A stretch of DNA of 60,490 bases, counting the filler, from Jimgerdemannia flammicorona (lineage: Eukaryota), in assembly GCA_003990765.1 (NCBI GenBank). It is 2 parts of 2 records of this genome, joined end to end, with 100 filler letters (N's around TTAATTAATTAA, not from the genome) between each part and the next. Parts side by side here need not be neighbours in the genome. Positions count along the whole stretch, not along the records: positions 1 to 30,236 come from RBNJ01000452.1; 1 more part is not named here. One strand, written 5' to 3'. Both the position numbers and the translations under genes were made by a program. This document shows positions 14,601 to 25,590 of the stretch, piece by piece. The notes beneath the pieces are model-generated. The model did no database searches and was not told where the DNA came from. It saw only the letters and a list, made by a program, of their open reading frames with translations. How positions within the stretch are numbered: the stretch's first letter is position 1; the number at the start of each line of letters is the position of its first letter.

Positions 14601-15089
14601 CAGACCTCCACTTCTACCCCCGGCACTCCTCCCTCCATCAGTTCTGTCCAGGCGCTGATCCCGAACCATATTAAAGTCCCCACTGAGAACATCGACCCCT
14701 TCCTCTAAGAGAATACCCTCCTCTAGCAATCCCCTAATCCATGCAATCCTCTCACCCCTAGCTGTAGGGCAGTAGCAAGAGCCCACCTTCACTGATTCCC
14801 ACCCTGGCTGATGCCAATCTCCCCAGACCAAGCAATTGCCCCAGCTCCTGATTCCCCCCAAGTCTCCTCTACCCTTCCTCACCAGAATTGCTATCTTTCC
14901 AAACCAAGCAGCAGCCCCCCCCCACTCCCTAGTCCACTCTGCCTGATTGTCCTCATCCTCATATTGAACATCCTGCAATAAAAAGAGATCAGCCTCCAAT
15001 CCCTTGAGCCAAGTAAAAATGTTCCTATGCTGCCCAGATCCCCTTAGCCCATTCACATTCAAGGAAAAAATGTTGGTTGTACTGTTCAT
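11610..15089 (-). pseudogene. LINE ORF2 (APE endonuclease, reverse transcriptase, C-terminal zinc finger), interrupted by stops
   Basis: NVNGL, GDFN and SDH (APE); DQEKAYD, GVPQGDPLS and AFADD (RT); CKEC...EHWLREC. Confidence 0.9.
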
Positions 15090-15121
15090 AAAGAATAATG
15101 ATATATATCAGAGCCTATCCT

Positions 15122-17155
15122 CTATAAGTCAGCATCCTGCCTCTCCTGCACTAAGTCCAAGTTAAGCTCAGCAGCCAGTTCCCTCTCCCCAGCTTTCCGT
15201 GCCTCCAACTCTCCCAGAAGTTCTACCATTGCCCCATCCTCACACTCCTCAAAATCCTCACAATACTCCAGACAGGCCGCCTGCCAGAGCTGCAGACTCC
15301 AACGCTCTGCCCAACAGTAGTCCGCCCACTCAGTGGTGACCACCCCCAGCTCTGCCTTCCTCACCTCGTCAACCTCATATCCCTCCTCCTCCAGCAAAAT
15401 TGCCAGAATCTCTACCTTCAGTGCCTCCACCATTCCATCCCCATGCAGGATCCTTGCCCAATGCTCCTCAGGCATTGCCCACAGGTCTATCTCCCCTAAT
15501 GCTTCTGCTGCGAGGTTATCCATCATCTTGCGTACCCACAACAAGTTCCCCACCTCCTTCCCTCCTGGAGTCCCTAGTCGCCCTGCATCCAACATTGTGG
15601 TGTCAGCTCCTACACTAGCAGCCTCATCCCACTCCTCCTCAGGGACATCCACCAGCTCATCCTTGCCAACTGCCACCACCTGACCCCCTTGAGCCACATC
15701 AGGGACCCCAAAGCACATCTGCTGGGCCCCCTGCATCCGTGTATCCTCCATCCTCCCTCTCTTCCCCACTGGGCCCCTCCTGATAAGTGGAGGGGGGGTG
15801 GCATCCAACTCCGGCTCCCACACTTCAAAGGTACTATCAGCAAATGGGTCCTTGTCCAGCCCCTTCCCAGCTCCTGCCTCCTTCACTTCTACCTCCTCTC
15901 CTTCTTTATCAGCCCAGACACTGGCCTCAGCGCCTCCAGACTCCTCAGCTTCACCTGACTTCTTCTTCCCCCCACCTGTCATACTTGCCAACAGCTCCTT
16001 CTGCCTCTTGCATCTCTGGACCCACTCCCACTGCTTCTTATCCATATGGATACACCTCCCGCCCACAACCTCCAGATGTGTCAAGTCCTCATACAGTTTC
16101 CAGGCCTTCGCCCTCCTCTCTACAGTACCACCCAACTCCTCCAGTGCCTCCAACAAGTCCTCCTCCTCCTCTTCGCTCCTCTTCACCCTTGATACCTTGC
16201 AGATGACGGCCCCCCACATCAGCACCAAGGGCCAGTCACTTATCTTCCCTGTGGCCTCCTTTCCTGCCAACCGAATCCTGACATCGACGTTGCCTGTCCT
16301 GATAGTTGTTCCCTCCCACAACTGAAATCCAATGTCCACCATGTCTCCATACTCTACTATCACCTCCTCCACCCTCCTCCTAGTCTCCTTCTTAGTCACC
16401 ATGGGCACCCCCCTCACCAGAAGCTGCACCACCCTGGGGTCCCACCTCAAGCACCTTATCATGGGGACCACCACCTCCCCAACCACCACTCCTGTCTTCA
16501 TGGCCTCGTCCAGTAGGCCTGCCTCCTCAAAGCCCACCTCAACCCCCTCCATGCCCTTCAAGAACTTCACTGAGGCTGCACCAGCCACCTGCCTCGAGAT
16601 AAGCCCCAGGACCATCCTCGCTATCACTGCCAAGCCCCGGAAGCACAAGATAGCCGCAAACTCTGAGATTGACTTCTTGAGCAATGGGGCCACCGCCAGT
16701 CCCATTATACCATCAGCCAGGTCTCTCTTCTGCATCGGGAGCCCCTGCCCCCCCTGGTCATCAGCTGTCACATCTCTTTTTTTTTCCTGATTCACTGTCA
16801 CACTACCATCAGCAGTCCCGCCACTACCCCCAGCCACTACTCCACTCCCTCCACCTCTCACCAGCGAAGGCCCAGCTCCCCCAGCATCACCAACCTTCTG
16901 CTTCCCCTTTCCTTCTGCCTGTCCACTGCGGGCACCCCTCAGCCAACCCCCAGCCTTAAGTGCATCTACAAAGCTCCCTCCCTGCTGCCCTCCAGCCCTC
17001 CCACCAGTGCCTCCTCCACCCCCCGAGCTGCCCAGTCCACTCGATCCACTAAAAGACCCCATCCCTAGTCCATACCCTCTCCCGACATACTGCCAGTTGA
17101 AGGCCCCAGGTCCACCCGACCTAGGATGTGCATCAGCTCGCTTGCTGGTTGATAT
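15122..17155 (-). CDS. LINE ORF1 (Gly-rich N-terminus, probable RRM-like core, acidic C-terminus); stop-free, but the start codon appears mutated ATG>ATA
   Basis: Open frame of ~677 codons upstream of ORF2. Alignment with copy 2 (MVTNRQSEGHTGQGGPG at 53974) places the start at ATA 17155-17153 rather than at 17263. Confidence 0.8.
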   Translation of the reverse strand: MSTSKRADAHPRSGGPGAFNWQYVGRGYGLGMGSFSGSSGLGSSGGGGGTGGRAGGQQGGSFVDALKAGGWLRGARSGQAEGKGKQKVGDAGGAGPSLVRGGGSGVVAGGSGGTADGSVTVNQEKKRDVTADDQGGQGLPMQKRDLADGIMGLAVAPLLKKSISEFAAILCFRGLAVIARMVLGLISRQVAGAASVKFLKGMEGVEVGFEEAGLLDEAMKTGVVVGEVVVPMIRCLRWDPRVVQLLVRGVPMVTKKETRRRVEEVIVEYGDMVDIGFQLWEGTTIRTGNVDVRIRLAGKEATGKISDWPLVLMWGAVICKVSRVKRSEEEEEDLLEALEELGGTVERRAKAWKLYEDLTHLEVVGGRCIHMDKKQWEWVQRCKRQKELLASMTGGGKKKSGEAEESGGAEASVWADKEGEEVEVKEAGAGKGLDKDPFADSTFEVWEPELDATPPPLIRRGPVGKRGRMEDTRMQGAQQMCFGVPDVAQGGQVVAVGKDELVDVPEEEWDEAASVGADTTMLDAGRLGTPGGKEVGNLLWVRKMMDNLAAEALGEIDLWAMPEEHWARILHGDGMVEALKVEILAILLEEEGYEVDEVRKAELGVVTTEWADYCWAERWSLQLWQAACLEYCEDFEECEDGAMVELLGELEARKAGERELAAELNLDLVQERQDADL

Positions 17156-17904
17156 CTCCTTAATATCTTTCTCCAATAAATGATTTGAAAGTGTGTTGTA
17201 AAGTGTGTATAATGTGAATTGTAGTGGAGAGAGATGACTAAAGGTATGTCCTGCAACATCCACCAGCCTTTCTTTATCTTGACCAGATGTTGTGAATAAA
17301 GTCAGCAGATCTTGCTATAGAGCTGTGGATCCTAAGAAAAGTACAAGATGAATTAGGTCATACTTGAGAAATTTAAATAAACACAAGTAAATAAGTAGCA
17401 GCCAAGTGAGCAATCTACATCTACTATCAGCTGCTCCAAAAAGGCTACTACATATATAGCTGTGAGGTCTGTGAATTCCGAGATCTAAAGGACCACTGTG
17501 AGTTGTTGTCAGAATTCTCTCTCATCCTCACCATTACCACTGCCATCACCACCACTATTGCCCCTTTGGCTCTCAATGAGCAGCTTGTGTGCTGCCCACA
17601 TGAGAAAGAATCTAACATTGTCAGTAGAGAGTACATTTCCACCTTGAATACTCCCTCTTTTGATGATCATTGCAGAGTGAAAAATGAGTAGACTGGACCA
17701 ATATATGAATTAAGGGCTGCTGTTTTGTTTGCTTATAATGTGGCAGAAAATAATAAAGAAAAAGAACAAAGAAAAAGAACAAAGAAAAGAATAAAAGAAG
17801 AGAGGGAATAAAAGAAAAGAATAATGTCACCAAAGTGCAATAGGGAAAAAAAAAACAAGAGTAAAATAAACAAAAGAAAGGGTGATGTCATTAAAGATTT
17901 CAAT

Positions 17905-18081
17905 TTGGATGGATCAATCTGGATCAATCCAGATCAATCTGGATGGATTAATCTGGATGGATCAATCTAGATGAATCAATCCAGATTAGATCATGAGACT
18001 AATCTGAGTTAATTCAAATCCATTATATGATGAATCTGAATTGAATCTCATCTGGATCAACTCCATCCATTCAGAGTACTA
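17905..18081. mobile_element. Decayed hAT-type terminus with (ggatcaatcY)n subterminal repeats
   Basis: Ends in gagtacta, whose reverse complement tagtactc matches the TIR tagtgctcc of the MITE at 34521-34672. The internal repeats look like CpG-decayed versions of that MITE's atccggat/atccga repeats. Confidence 0.6.
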
Positions 18082-18089
18082 CTTGGAAT

Positions 18090-19885
18090 ACTTTTGTCTT
18101 CTCTTTTTTCTTTAGCTGACTGCTCCCTTTCTCTCCTTCAAGTTTTTACCTTATTCTTGGGTCTTTGCTTTGTTTTTCCTACAACTTCCTCACAATTCTC
18201 CTCCACCAATCCAGCTCATCTTATATGTTTTCATTGTGCTCTTGACCTTATCATCTTCTTTGAAGATTATGATGAGATACCCTCTTACTATTATATCTCT
18301 AAATTGGGTCCCCTCTCCCAATGTCTCTTTATACTGTGTATTCCTTGATATAGCTTGCTTGCTGTCTATTCCTGGATGCACTTGCTCTTGCTTGGTTTCA
18401 GACTGTACTATATATATTATACTTAAATTGGTCAAGCAATTGCCTTTGTACTTGCTTATAGTCACTGATAAGAATTAAGATTTTGTACTTATTCCTAAGT
18501 TGCTCTACCTTGATGATCTTTCTGCTCTCCTTCAAGCCATGGCTTATGAGCCTAGTGCTCTTGGATTGGATGAGGTTCTAACTCTCCTTTGGGTTTCTCT
18601 GACTTATACCAGATCACTTTCAGATTCTCCTTTTGCAAACCCCATTTTTAACTTCTTTCAGAACTCTTTGTCCTTGTCAGATATTTGTCTTCCAGTTTTC
18701 TATACTCTTCCTAAAGTTCATAAGCCCACATTGGCTTAACATCCCATTATAGCTACTTTTAGCTCTCCTACTACTAAGATTTTGAAGTAGTTGTCCCATT
18801 TCTTCCTCTTCTGGATAGCTCTTCTACAATACCATCTTGGATCTAAGTATACAATTCTTCATGACACTCAGGAGCTCACTCTTCTCTGCTCCACTATTGT
18901 GCCTGTTTATCATTTTTCCCATCTGGCCTCTGGTGACTTCTCCTCCTTCTATACTGCTATTCATTTTGATGAGATTGATAATTGTCTTTGCTTCCTGGGT
19001 TTTATTGTTTTTCCTTTAGATTCTCCAGTTTTGTTGGCTTCTATTGTTGAGCTTATGCTCCTCATCTGTGGCTCCAACTATTTTGAGTCAGCCCTTGGCT
19101 CCTTTTATCAGACTTCTGGTATTGCTATAAGAATGAATTGTACCCCCACCCTTATCAACCTCATTGGCCTGGCCCATGAACTTTGTGTAATATATAATCC
19201 TTCTTTATCTCTTTCTATTGAATTCTGGGCTGGGAATATCTTCTTCCACTAATACATTGATAACTTTATTATTCTTGCTATTTCTGGTATTGATATTTTG
19301 AGTGTGTTCTGTGGCATCTACTCTCCCCATTATTCTATTACTTGGGTATATGATATAACTAGTACTTTCTTTTTGGATCTTTTTATTTCTCTTTCTCTCT
19401 TCTGAACTATTGTTTATTCTCATTTTTCCCATTCTCAACAGTTCTCTGACTTCCATTCCAATTACTCTTATCACACTCTTCTTAAATATATTTGTAGTGA
19501 GGTTCATCATCTTATATTATGCTACTCCCATTATTCTGATTGGATATCTGCTGTCTGGGTTCTTAGCAACTTCATGGTCTATCATCATATCTATCCAATT
19601 TCTATTGTTTATGATCTGCTTGCTTCTATTGAATAGTCTGTTATTTGCTCTTCTCTTCTCTCTCCTCTTTACCCCTCCTCCCTTTCCTCCCTCTCTCCTT
19701 ACCCACTCCATACCCTCTCTTCATTCCCACCCCCAATTCTTATCATACCATTTGATTATGCTCACTGGGTTATGCAATGTCCTGATACTATCCTGTATTC
19801 TTCTCTTTCATGTCATAGACTTTTATCTCTTTCCTGATACCCTCTGATTACTTGTTCACATCTTCCTTCTATTTCTTCTCTAATC
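18090..19885 (+). mobile_element. Penelope-like retroelement relic (RT), no GIY-YIG domain seen
   Basis: PLE-type motifs in order: TDKN, FYTLPKVHKP..*HPII, SGDFSSFYTAI, YQTSGIA..NCTPTLINL, *YIDNF (RYIDD) and a thumb-like region (~19450-19510). Confidence 0.8.
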
Positions 19886-21073
19886 CATTACTCTCATTTT
19901 GCATTTTTGTCATCTTCTGATACCTCTGGTTTTTCTGAAGAGGATTAAAAAACATCCTTGCCCCCTCCTGGGTCTCATACTCACTCTGAGGTCTCAGCCT
20001 TCACTCTGCTCTCCTCTACTGCCTTCAGTCCCTTACTTTGCTTGAACTTGCTGTGGCTCACTCTGTTTTGGCCTCACCTCTTGCTCATGCTCACCCCTCT
20101 GGGGTCTGCAGATGTTTTTTAATCTCAATTTGGATTTGTTTTGTTTGTATTTGTATGTGATTTTTATCCTATAACTGGGATTGGCTCCCTCTTTATCTCT
20201 GCTTATCTCTGATAGTCATGTGGTTCCTAATTTAGTTTGCCCCAATTTGTGGTGTATCTTCTCTTTTAGAACATTATATTTTGTATATAAAGACTGTATT
20301 TTTACATGACAATAAATAGCTGATGCAAATTTGATTATATTCTTTGTTTGTCTCTCTTATATATACTCTTCTACATATCTTCTGTTTGCTTTAATACTGG
20401 CTCTAGGTTCACTCTCATGGCTCCCACTGGGCCCTCTTCTTTTACTGCACCTAACTCTACTAGACTATTCACTCTGACTATAGATACCTCTGACATTGCT
20501 ATTGGGGTAGTACTTAGCTAAGAAGATCACCCAGTAGTCTATCTTTCTCAAAAACTCAAGCCAGCTGAGACCCAGTATACTACCCATGAGAAAAAACTTC
20601 TGGCCATTGTCACTGCACTCCAGAAATGGTACTATTTTCTCCTAGAACAAACATTTATAGTCTATACTAATTACTATGCTCTGCAGTATATTCATATATA
20701 GCTCATACTGATCCACAGACAAGTCTGCTGAATAGAAATCATTGCCAACTTTGATATGGAAATTAAATATATCCCAGACAAAACCAACTATATAGCTGAT
20801 GGTTTCTCTAAATATATAGAAGACAAACTTGTCTTCATGGTTGAGATAATTGGAGATCTCACTTAAATGATCAAAGATAACTATCAATAAGATAGCTCCT
20901 TGATGAAATTCCTTCAATTCTGCCTAGACTCAGAGGCCAAGGTCTCAGAACCCATGAGGCAAATATCTAAGAGATTCACTTATCATGATAGACTTATCTA
21001 TAGAGATCATAATAGAGTAGTTGTACTTAACAATAATACTCTGTAGCTCAAGATCATACAAGAACTCCATAAT

Positions 21074-21477
21074 TGTAACAGTTCTAGTTTCTAAATAAGG
21101 AAGTGACTAGTTCTGGTGGTTCTAAGTAGCTCAAAGAGATACTTAAGGGTTCAAGTATTCTTAAAGGATTTCTGAGAGAAAATATTCTGAGGCTTTATTC
21201 ATGAGAACAAAGGGAATATTTATATAAGATCTGAAAGAAGGATCCAGAAGGATCTGAGAAATCAAAGGAAAATGCCAAGAGGAAAGTTCTCAACAAGGAT
21301 GAAAAATGATGATAAATAAAGTTCTACAAGTTTCCAGAACATTCAGTGACTAGCTAAATAAGTACTAGTAAATACTCAGCACCAAGAAAGGATTTCTAAG
21401 TATTTGGAAAGTACTGGAAGGTTGTAGAATATTGAGGAAAGATAAAGAAAAGGAATAAACTATGCTAAAATGTTACA
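21074..21477 (-). repeat. 3' LTR of the nested gypsy element
   Basis: TGTAACA...TGTTACA; direct repeat of 26683-27086. Confidence 0.95.
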
Positions 21478-24400
21478 TCTCCCCCTCCTTAAGAATCAAC
21501 ATTCTTGTTAAATTCTCAAAGCTATACATAATAAACAATAAGACTAAAAGAAACTTCAAATAAAATATATTAGCTCATTGGCAGGGACTGGCCATCCTTG
21601 TATAAGGTGAGGGCCAAAGTATCATCTTGATCAGATGAGAACTAATTCAAACCTTATTGGTTGCAAGATTTATAGAGTTCTCCTATATCTTTTGTTTCTG
21701 ATACTATATCCTTTAGAGTGCCCCAATGCTTATGTGCCTGATCAGTACAGTATGTCATCTACTATTCAAGAGAAGAACCTCATGGGCAGTCAATGAGTTC
21801 CTTTTTGCTCAAACTCTTAGATGAGGTCTTGAGAGTTCTTGAGATTGGCAGCAGGTTCCCAGGTGATATCATATTCAGAGTAACTCATCCACTTGACTAG
21901 ATATTCTGTGTGATAGTACTAGACTCATTTGTCTAAGATTTTCTTGACTTCATACTTGATGTGGTCTTCAACTATCATTGATACTGATAGTGTTGGAATT
22001 TGGCCAGGATATGAAGGTGACTGGTTCTAGGCCTTGAGTTGTGACATATGGAATACTGGGTGTATATGTATAGTTGTTGGCAAGTTGAGGCAGTAAGACC
22101 AGGTGGAGACTTGCTCAGTGATCTCAAAGAGTCCAAGGTACTTGGACTGAAATTTGGCTGACTAGTGGTTGATTTGAGATTAAGCCTTGATGTTGTTGAC
22201 TTTGAGTCATCAATGTTGTATATGACATCTCACCACTTCTTATCTACATACTTAGCTTGATATTACTGAGCCTTTTGCAGGTTTGTAGTAGTGATTTTGA
22301 GAAGGGAATCCATTTTGTTGATAAGGTTCTGGGCTGTGGGGACTTGTGTGTGACTGGATTGCTAGAATGAGACTAGGCTTGTAGGAGTCTTGGGGTTTTG
22401 ACTGTAAAGTAGCTGAAATGGGGAAAGGCCAGTTGATGATTAGATGGCATTATTGTAGGCAAACTCAGCATAGGTCAGATAGTGGTCACAATTGTCTTAC
22501 TCATAAGATACATAGTTTCTGAGCATTTGTTCAAGTGTTTTGTTCATTCACTCAGTCTGTCCATCAGTTTGAGGGTGGAAGACAGTAGACATAGCAATTT
22601 GGATTCCAAGGGTCTTGAAGAGTGCTTGCCAGAAGTGGCTTATAAACTTGGGGTTGTGGTTGCTGATAATTACTCGAGGAAGTCCATAATAGTGGAAGAC
22701 AGTCTTGAAGAAGATTCTTGTAATTTCTGGAGCAGTAGCATTAGTTGTGGTTGGCTCAGCAATTGTAATCTTAGTGAGACAGTCCTCAAATACAACAATA
22801 GCATCATAGCCTGTTTTGGTTCGTGAAAGTTGTACAATGAAGTCCATTGTGACTTATTCAAACTTCTTAGTTGGAATTGGCAAGAGTTATAGAAGACCAG
22901 TAGATACTTGATTGCTTGACTTGTTTCTTTAGTAAAAATCACAGCTTTAGACATACTCCTTGATTTTCTTGAGCATGTTTGGCCAGTAGTAGTCTCATTG
23001 GATATTCTTGATAATCTTCTCCATTCCAAGGTGACTAGCTAGTGGGGAGTTATAATGTTCATGAAGAATCTTATACCATAGTTCAGGGTTGGCAGGAATA
23101 TATACTTTGTCTTGATGGTACATAAGGTTGTCCTTGATGGTGTACTTTTCCTTAAATTTCTTAGTATTCCTTTGTAGAACCAGAGAGTCTTGTTCATATG
23201 CCTTCTTGATCTGATTGAGTAATTCTAGTGCCATGGTGACTTGTAAAATTGCAGCAAGGTCAGGTTCTTTTTGAAAGTGCATCTGGTACAACTAGAGTTT
23301 TGCCAGGCTTATAGATGATGTTTGGGGTAAAGGTCTGAAGTAGTTAACTCTACTTGGCTTGTTGGCAAGAAAGGGTTAGTTGAGTGTTGATGTACTGAAG
23401 AGACCTGTGATTAGTAATTACATCAAACTCAACTCCTTCTAGGTAGTATTGCCAAGTCTTGAGGGCATGCATAATTGCCAGGAGTTCCTTTTCATGAGTA
23501 GCCAGCTTTTGTTCTTCTGGGGACAATTTTCTTGACTCAAAGGCAATAGGTCAGTGTTCTTGATCATCATTTTGAGAAATGACTGCACCAATGGCAAAGT
23601 TAGATGTATCTATAGTGACCATGAACTTCAAGTTTGGGTCCATATTTCTAAGAACAGATGCATGGGTCAGGCAGTTCTTGAGTTCTTGGAAAGCTTATTG
23701 ACAGAAAGCATCCCAGATATAGGGGACATAGAGGTCAGAGTTGGGTTCTTTTTGCAGGAGGTTTGTCAAAGATTCTGCAATGCTAGAGAAGTTCTTGACA
23801 AATCGATGGTAGTATTCAGCCAGACCAAGGAAGGACCTGAGTTCAGTGAAGTTTGCTGGTACAGACCACTGTTCAATGGCTTGTATTTTCCTTGGGTCTA
23901 CTTGAATTCCTTTGGCTGATATAATGTGTCCAAGGTATTCAACTTGATCTTTGAAAAACTCACATTTCTTGAGCTTTGCATAGAGCTTGTTCTCATAGAG
24001 GATCTTGAGGACTTGTTCAATGTACTTGAGGTATTCTTCTTCAGTACTACTAAAGATCAGGATGTCATCAATATATACAAGTATAAAGATATAGAGCTGA
24101 TTCTTGAAGACAGTTTGCATGAGATCTTAAAAGATTGCTGGTACATTGATAAGACCAAAGGCTATGACTAGAAATTTGTAGAGTCTGAAGAGTGTCATGA
24201 AGGCAGTCTTGGGTATGTCTTCTGGCTTGATTCGAATTTGGTGATACCCAGAGATGAGATCAATCTTGGTGAAGTACTTTGCATTTTTAAGAGCATCAAA
24301 GATTTGATTTTTGAGCAGTAGCAGATAATGGTTCTTGACTATGATCTTGTTGAGTGCTCAGTTGTCTATGTACATTCACCGAATATTATCCTTTTTCTTG

Positions 24401-25174
24401 ACAAATAGGACTGGGGAGCCAAAGGGTGACTTGCTTGGCTAAATGACTCCTTGCTCAATAAGTTCATTGAGTTCCTTCTTGACTGCTTCAATTTTGAGTG
24501 GAGATATGTAGTACATTTTCTTCTTAGGTATAGCTATATCAGATACCAACTTGATTTCATAGTCATGGTCTCTTGAAGGTGGTAGACCAGGTAGTTTGTC
24601 TGGGAAGACATCCTTGTACTTGTTCAGCAGTAACTTGATACTTTCACTAATTGATAGCTTCTTGTCTTCTTTCTTTAGTCGGATCAGTGCTATGAAGACA
24701 CAGATAGCTTTCTTGAGGGCCTTCTTGAACTGAATTGCTAAAAGGGTAGCAATTGGGGTTCTTGTCTGAGTCTTGTCTGGCTTGATGGTAATGTTAGTTC
24801 CATTCTGAATCAGGGTAACTTCATTCTTGGTCCAATCAATCTGAGGGTTGTGTCATATAAGCCAGAGTTTGCCTAGGATCAGGTCATGGTCTCCTAGTGG
24901 TGCTACCTTGAAATCTAAATGTTCCCGTACTTCTGGATCTTGAGAGAGAGTTTAGCAGCAATTGAGTCAATTGGTAAGGTGGTGCCATCTGTAGTGACAA
25001 CTCCACCATTCTTACCAGCTGGTTTGGTGAGAATCTTGAGCTTGTTGATGAGGTTCTTGTTGATGAAGTTACCAATAGCTCCACTGTCTATAAGAACATC
25101 TAGTTCTTGTCCCTTGACTAGACCTTTGAAAATGAGCATTTAATTGGCTTGGTTCTTAGTTATGCTTGCAACTT

Positions 25175-25590
25175 TATCAGTGCTGCCAAAGTCTTTCTGA
25201 TCTCACTTAATTGAAGACAGCTTGGTGACTTCTTTGATGACTGGTAGGGTGGCTTGCTCCAGAATGAGCTATGCAATTCTGTCACCTTCATTGACAGTAT
25301 ATGGTTGATTCTTGTGATTGACTAGCAGGACTTGCATTTCACCTCAGAAGTCAGGGTCAATGACTCCAACACTAACATCCAATAAGTGCTTGAAACTGAG
25401 GCTAGATCTTGGTGCAATTCTTACATAATGTTTCTTGGGGATTTTGACTGAAAAGCCAGTTAGAATGAGCCTTCTTTCATGTGCAGAAATAGTGATTTGT
25501 TATACTGCTTGAAGGTCCAAACCAATGGCTCCTTCTGACTATACTTATGGGATCTGGACCTTGGGGTTGACTTATATGAAATTGAGTACA
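25175..25590 (-). pseudogene. dUTPase domain between gag and protease
   Basis: All five trimeric dUTPase motifs recognisable: AIGLDL, IAPRSSL, GVIDPDF*GE, GDRIA*L and *DQKDFGST. Confidence 0.9.

Larger units (their letters stand above)
11518..17236 (-). mobile_element. Full-length L1/Tx1-like LINE (copy 1)
   Basis: Poly(A) tail (T run 11518-11541), ORF1 plus ORF2 (APE, RT, CCHC). TSD actaaagg(c/t)atgt at 11506-11518 and 17237-17249. The 5' UTR aligns with copy 2. Confidence 0.93.
9880..17690 (-). pseudogene. Multi-exon gene relic with C-terminal 2OG-Fe(II) dioxygenase (TET/JBP-like) signature, split by a LINE insertion at 11518-17236
   Basis: Last exon (10272-9880) reads ...YIRYNISLSTHTDNNVTLVIFYILERKGPIWKNSGGVWYDLTYDFRVPFIANMAVLF*PYNYHNTVAF... 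(HxD at 10125-10117, distal H at 9969-9967). A phase-0 GT..AG intron (10384-10273) joins it to ORF 10205-10591. Further exon-like segments at ~10780-11110, 11390-11505 and 17237-17690; the frame appears to continue across the LINE TSD. Confidence 0.5.

Noticed and set aside
15333..16959. Several long plus-strand Ser/Pro-rich ORFs
   Set aside because: They are antisense shadows of the purine-rich LINE ORF1; the same applies to minus-strand ORFs over 53946-58910.
17156..17263. N-terminal 36 aa of the 713-aa ORF as part of LINE ORF1
   Set aside because: It extends through the 5' UTR and past the TSD into flanking DNA; copy 2 places the start at 17155.
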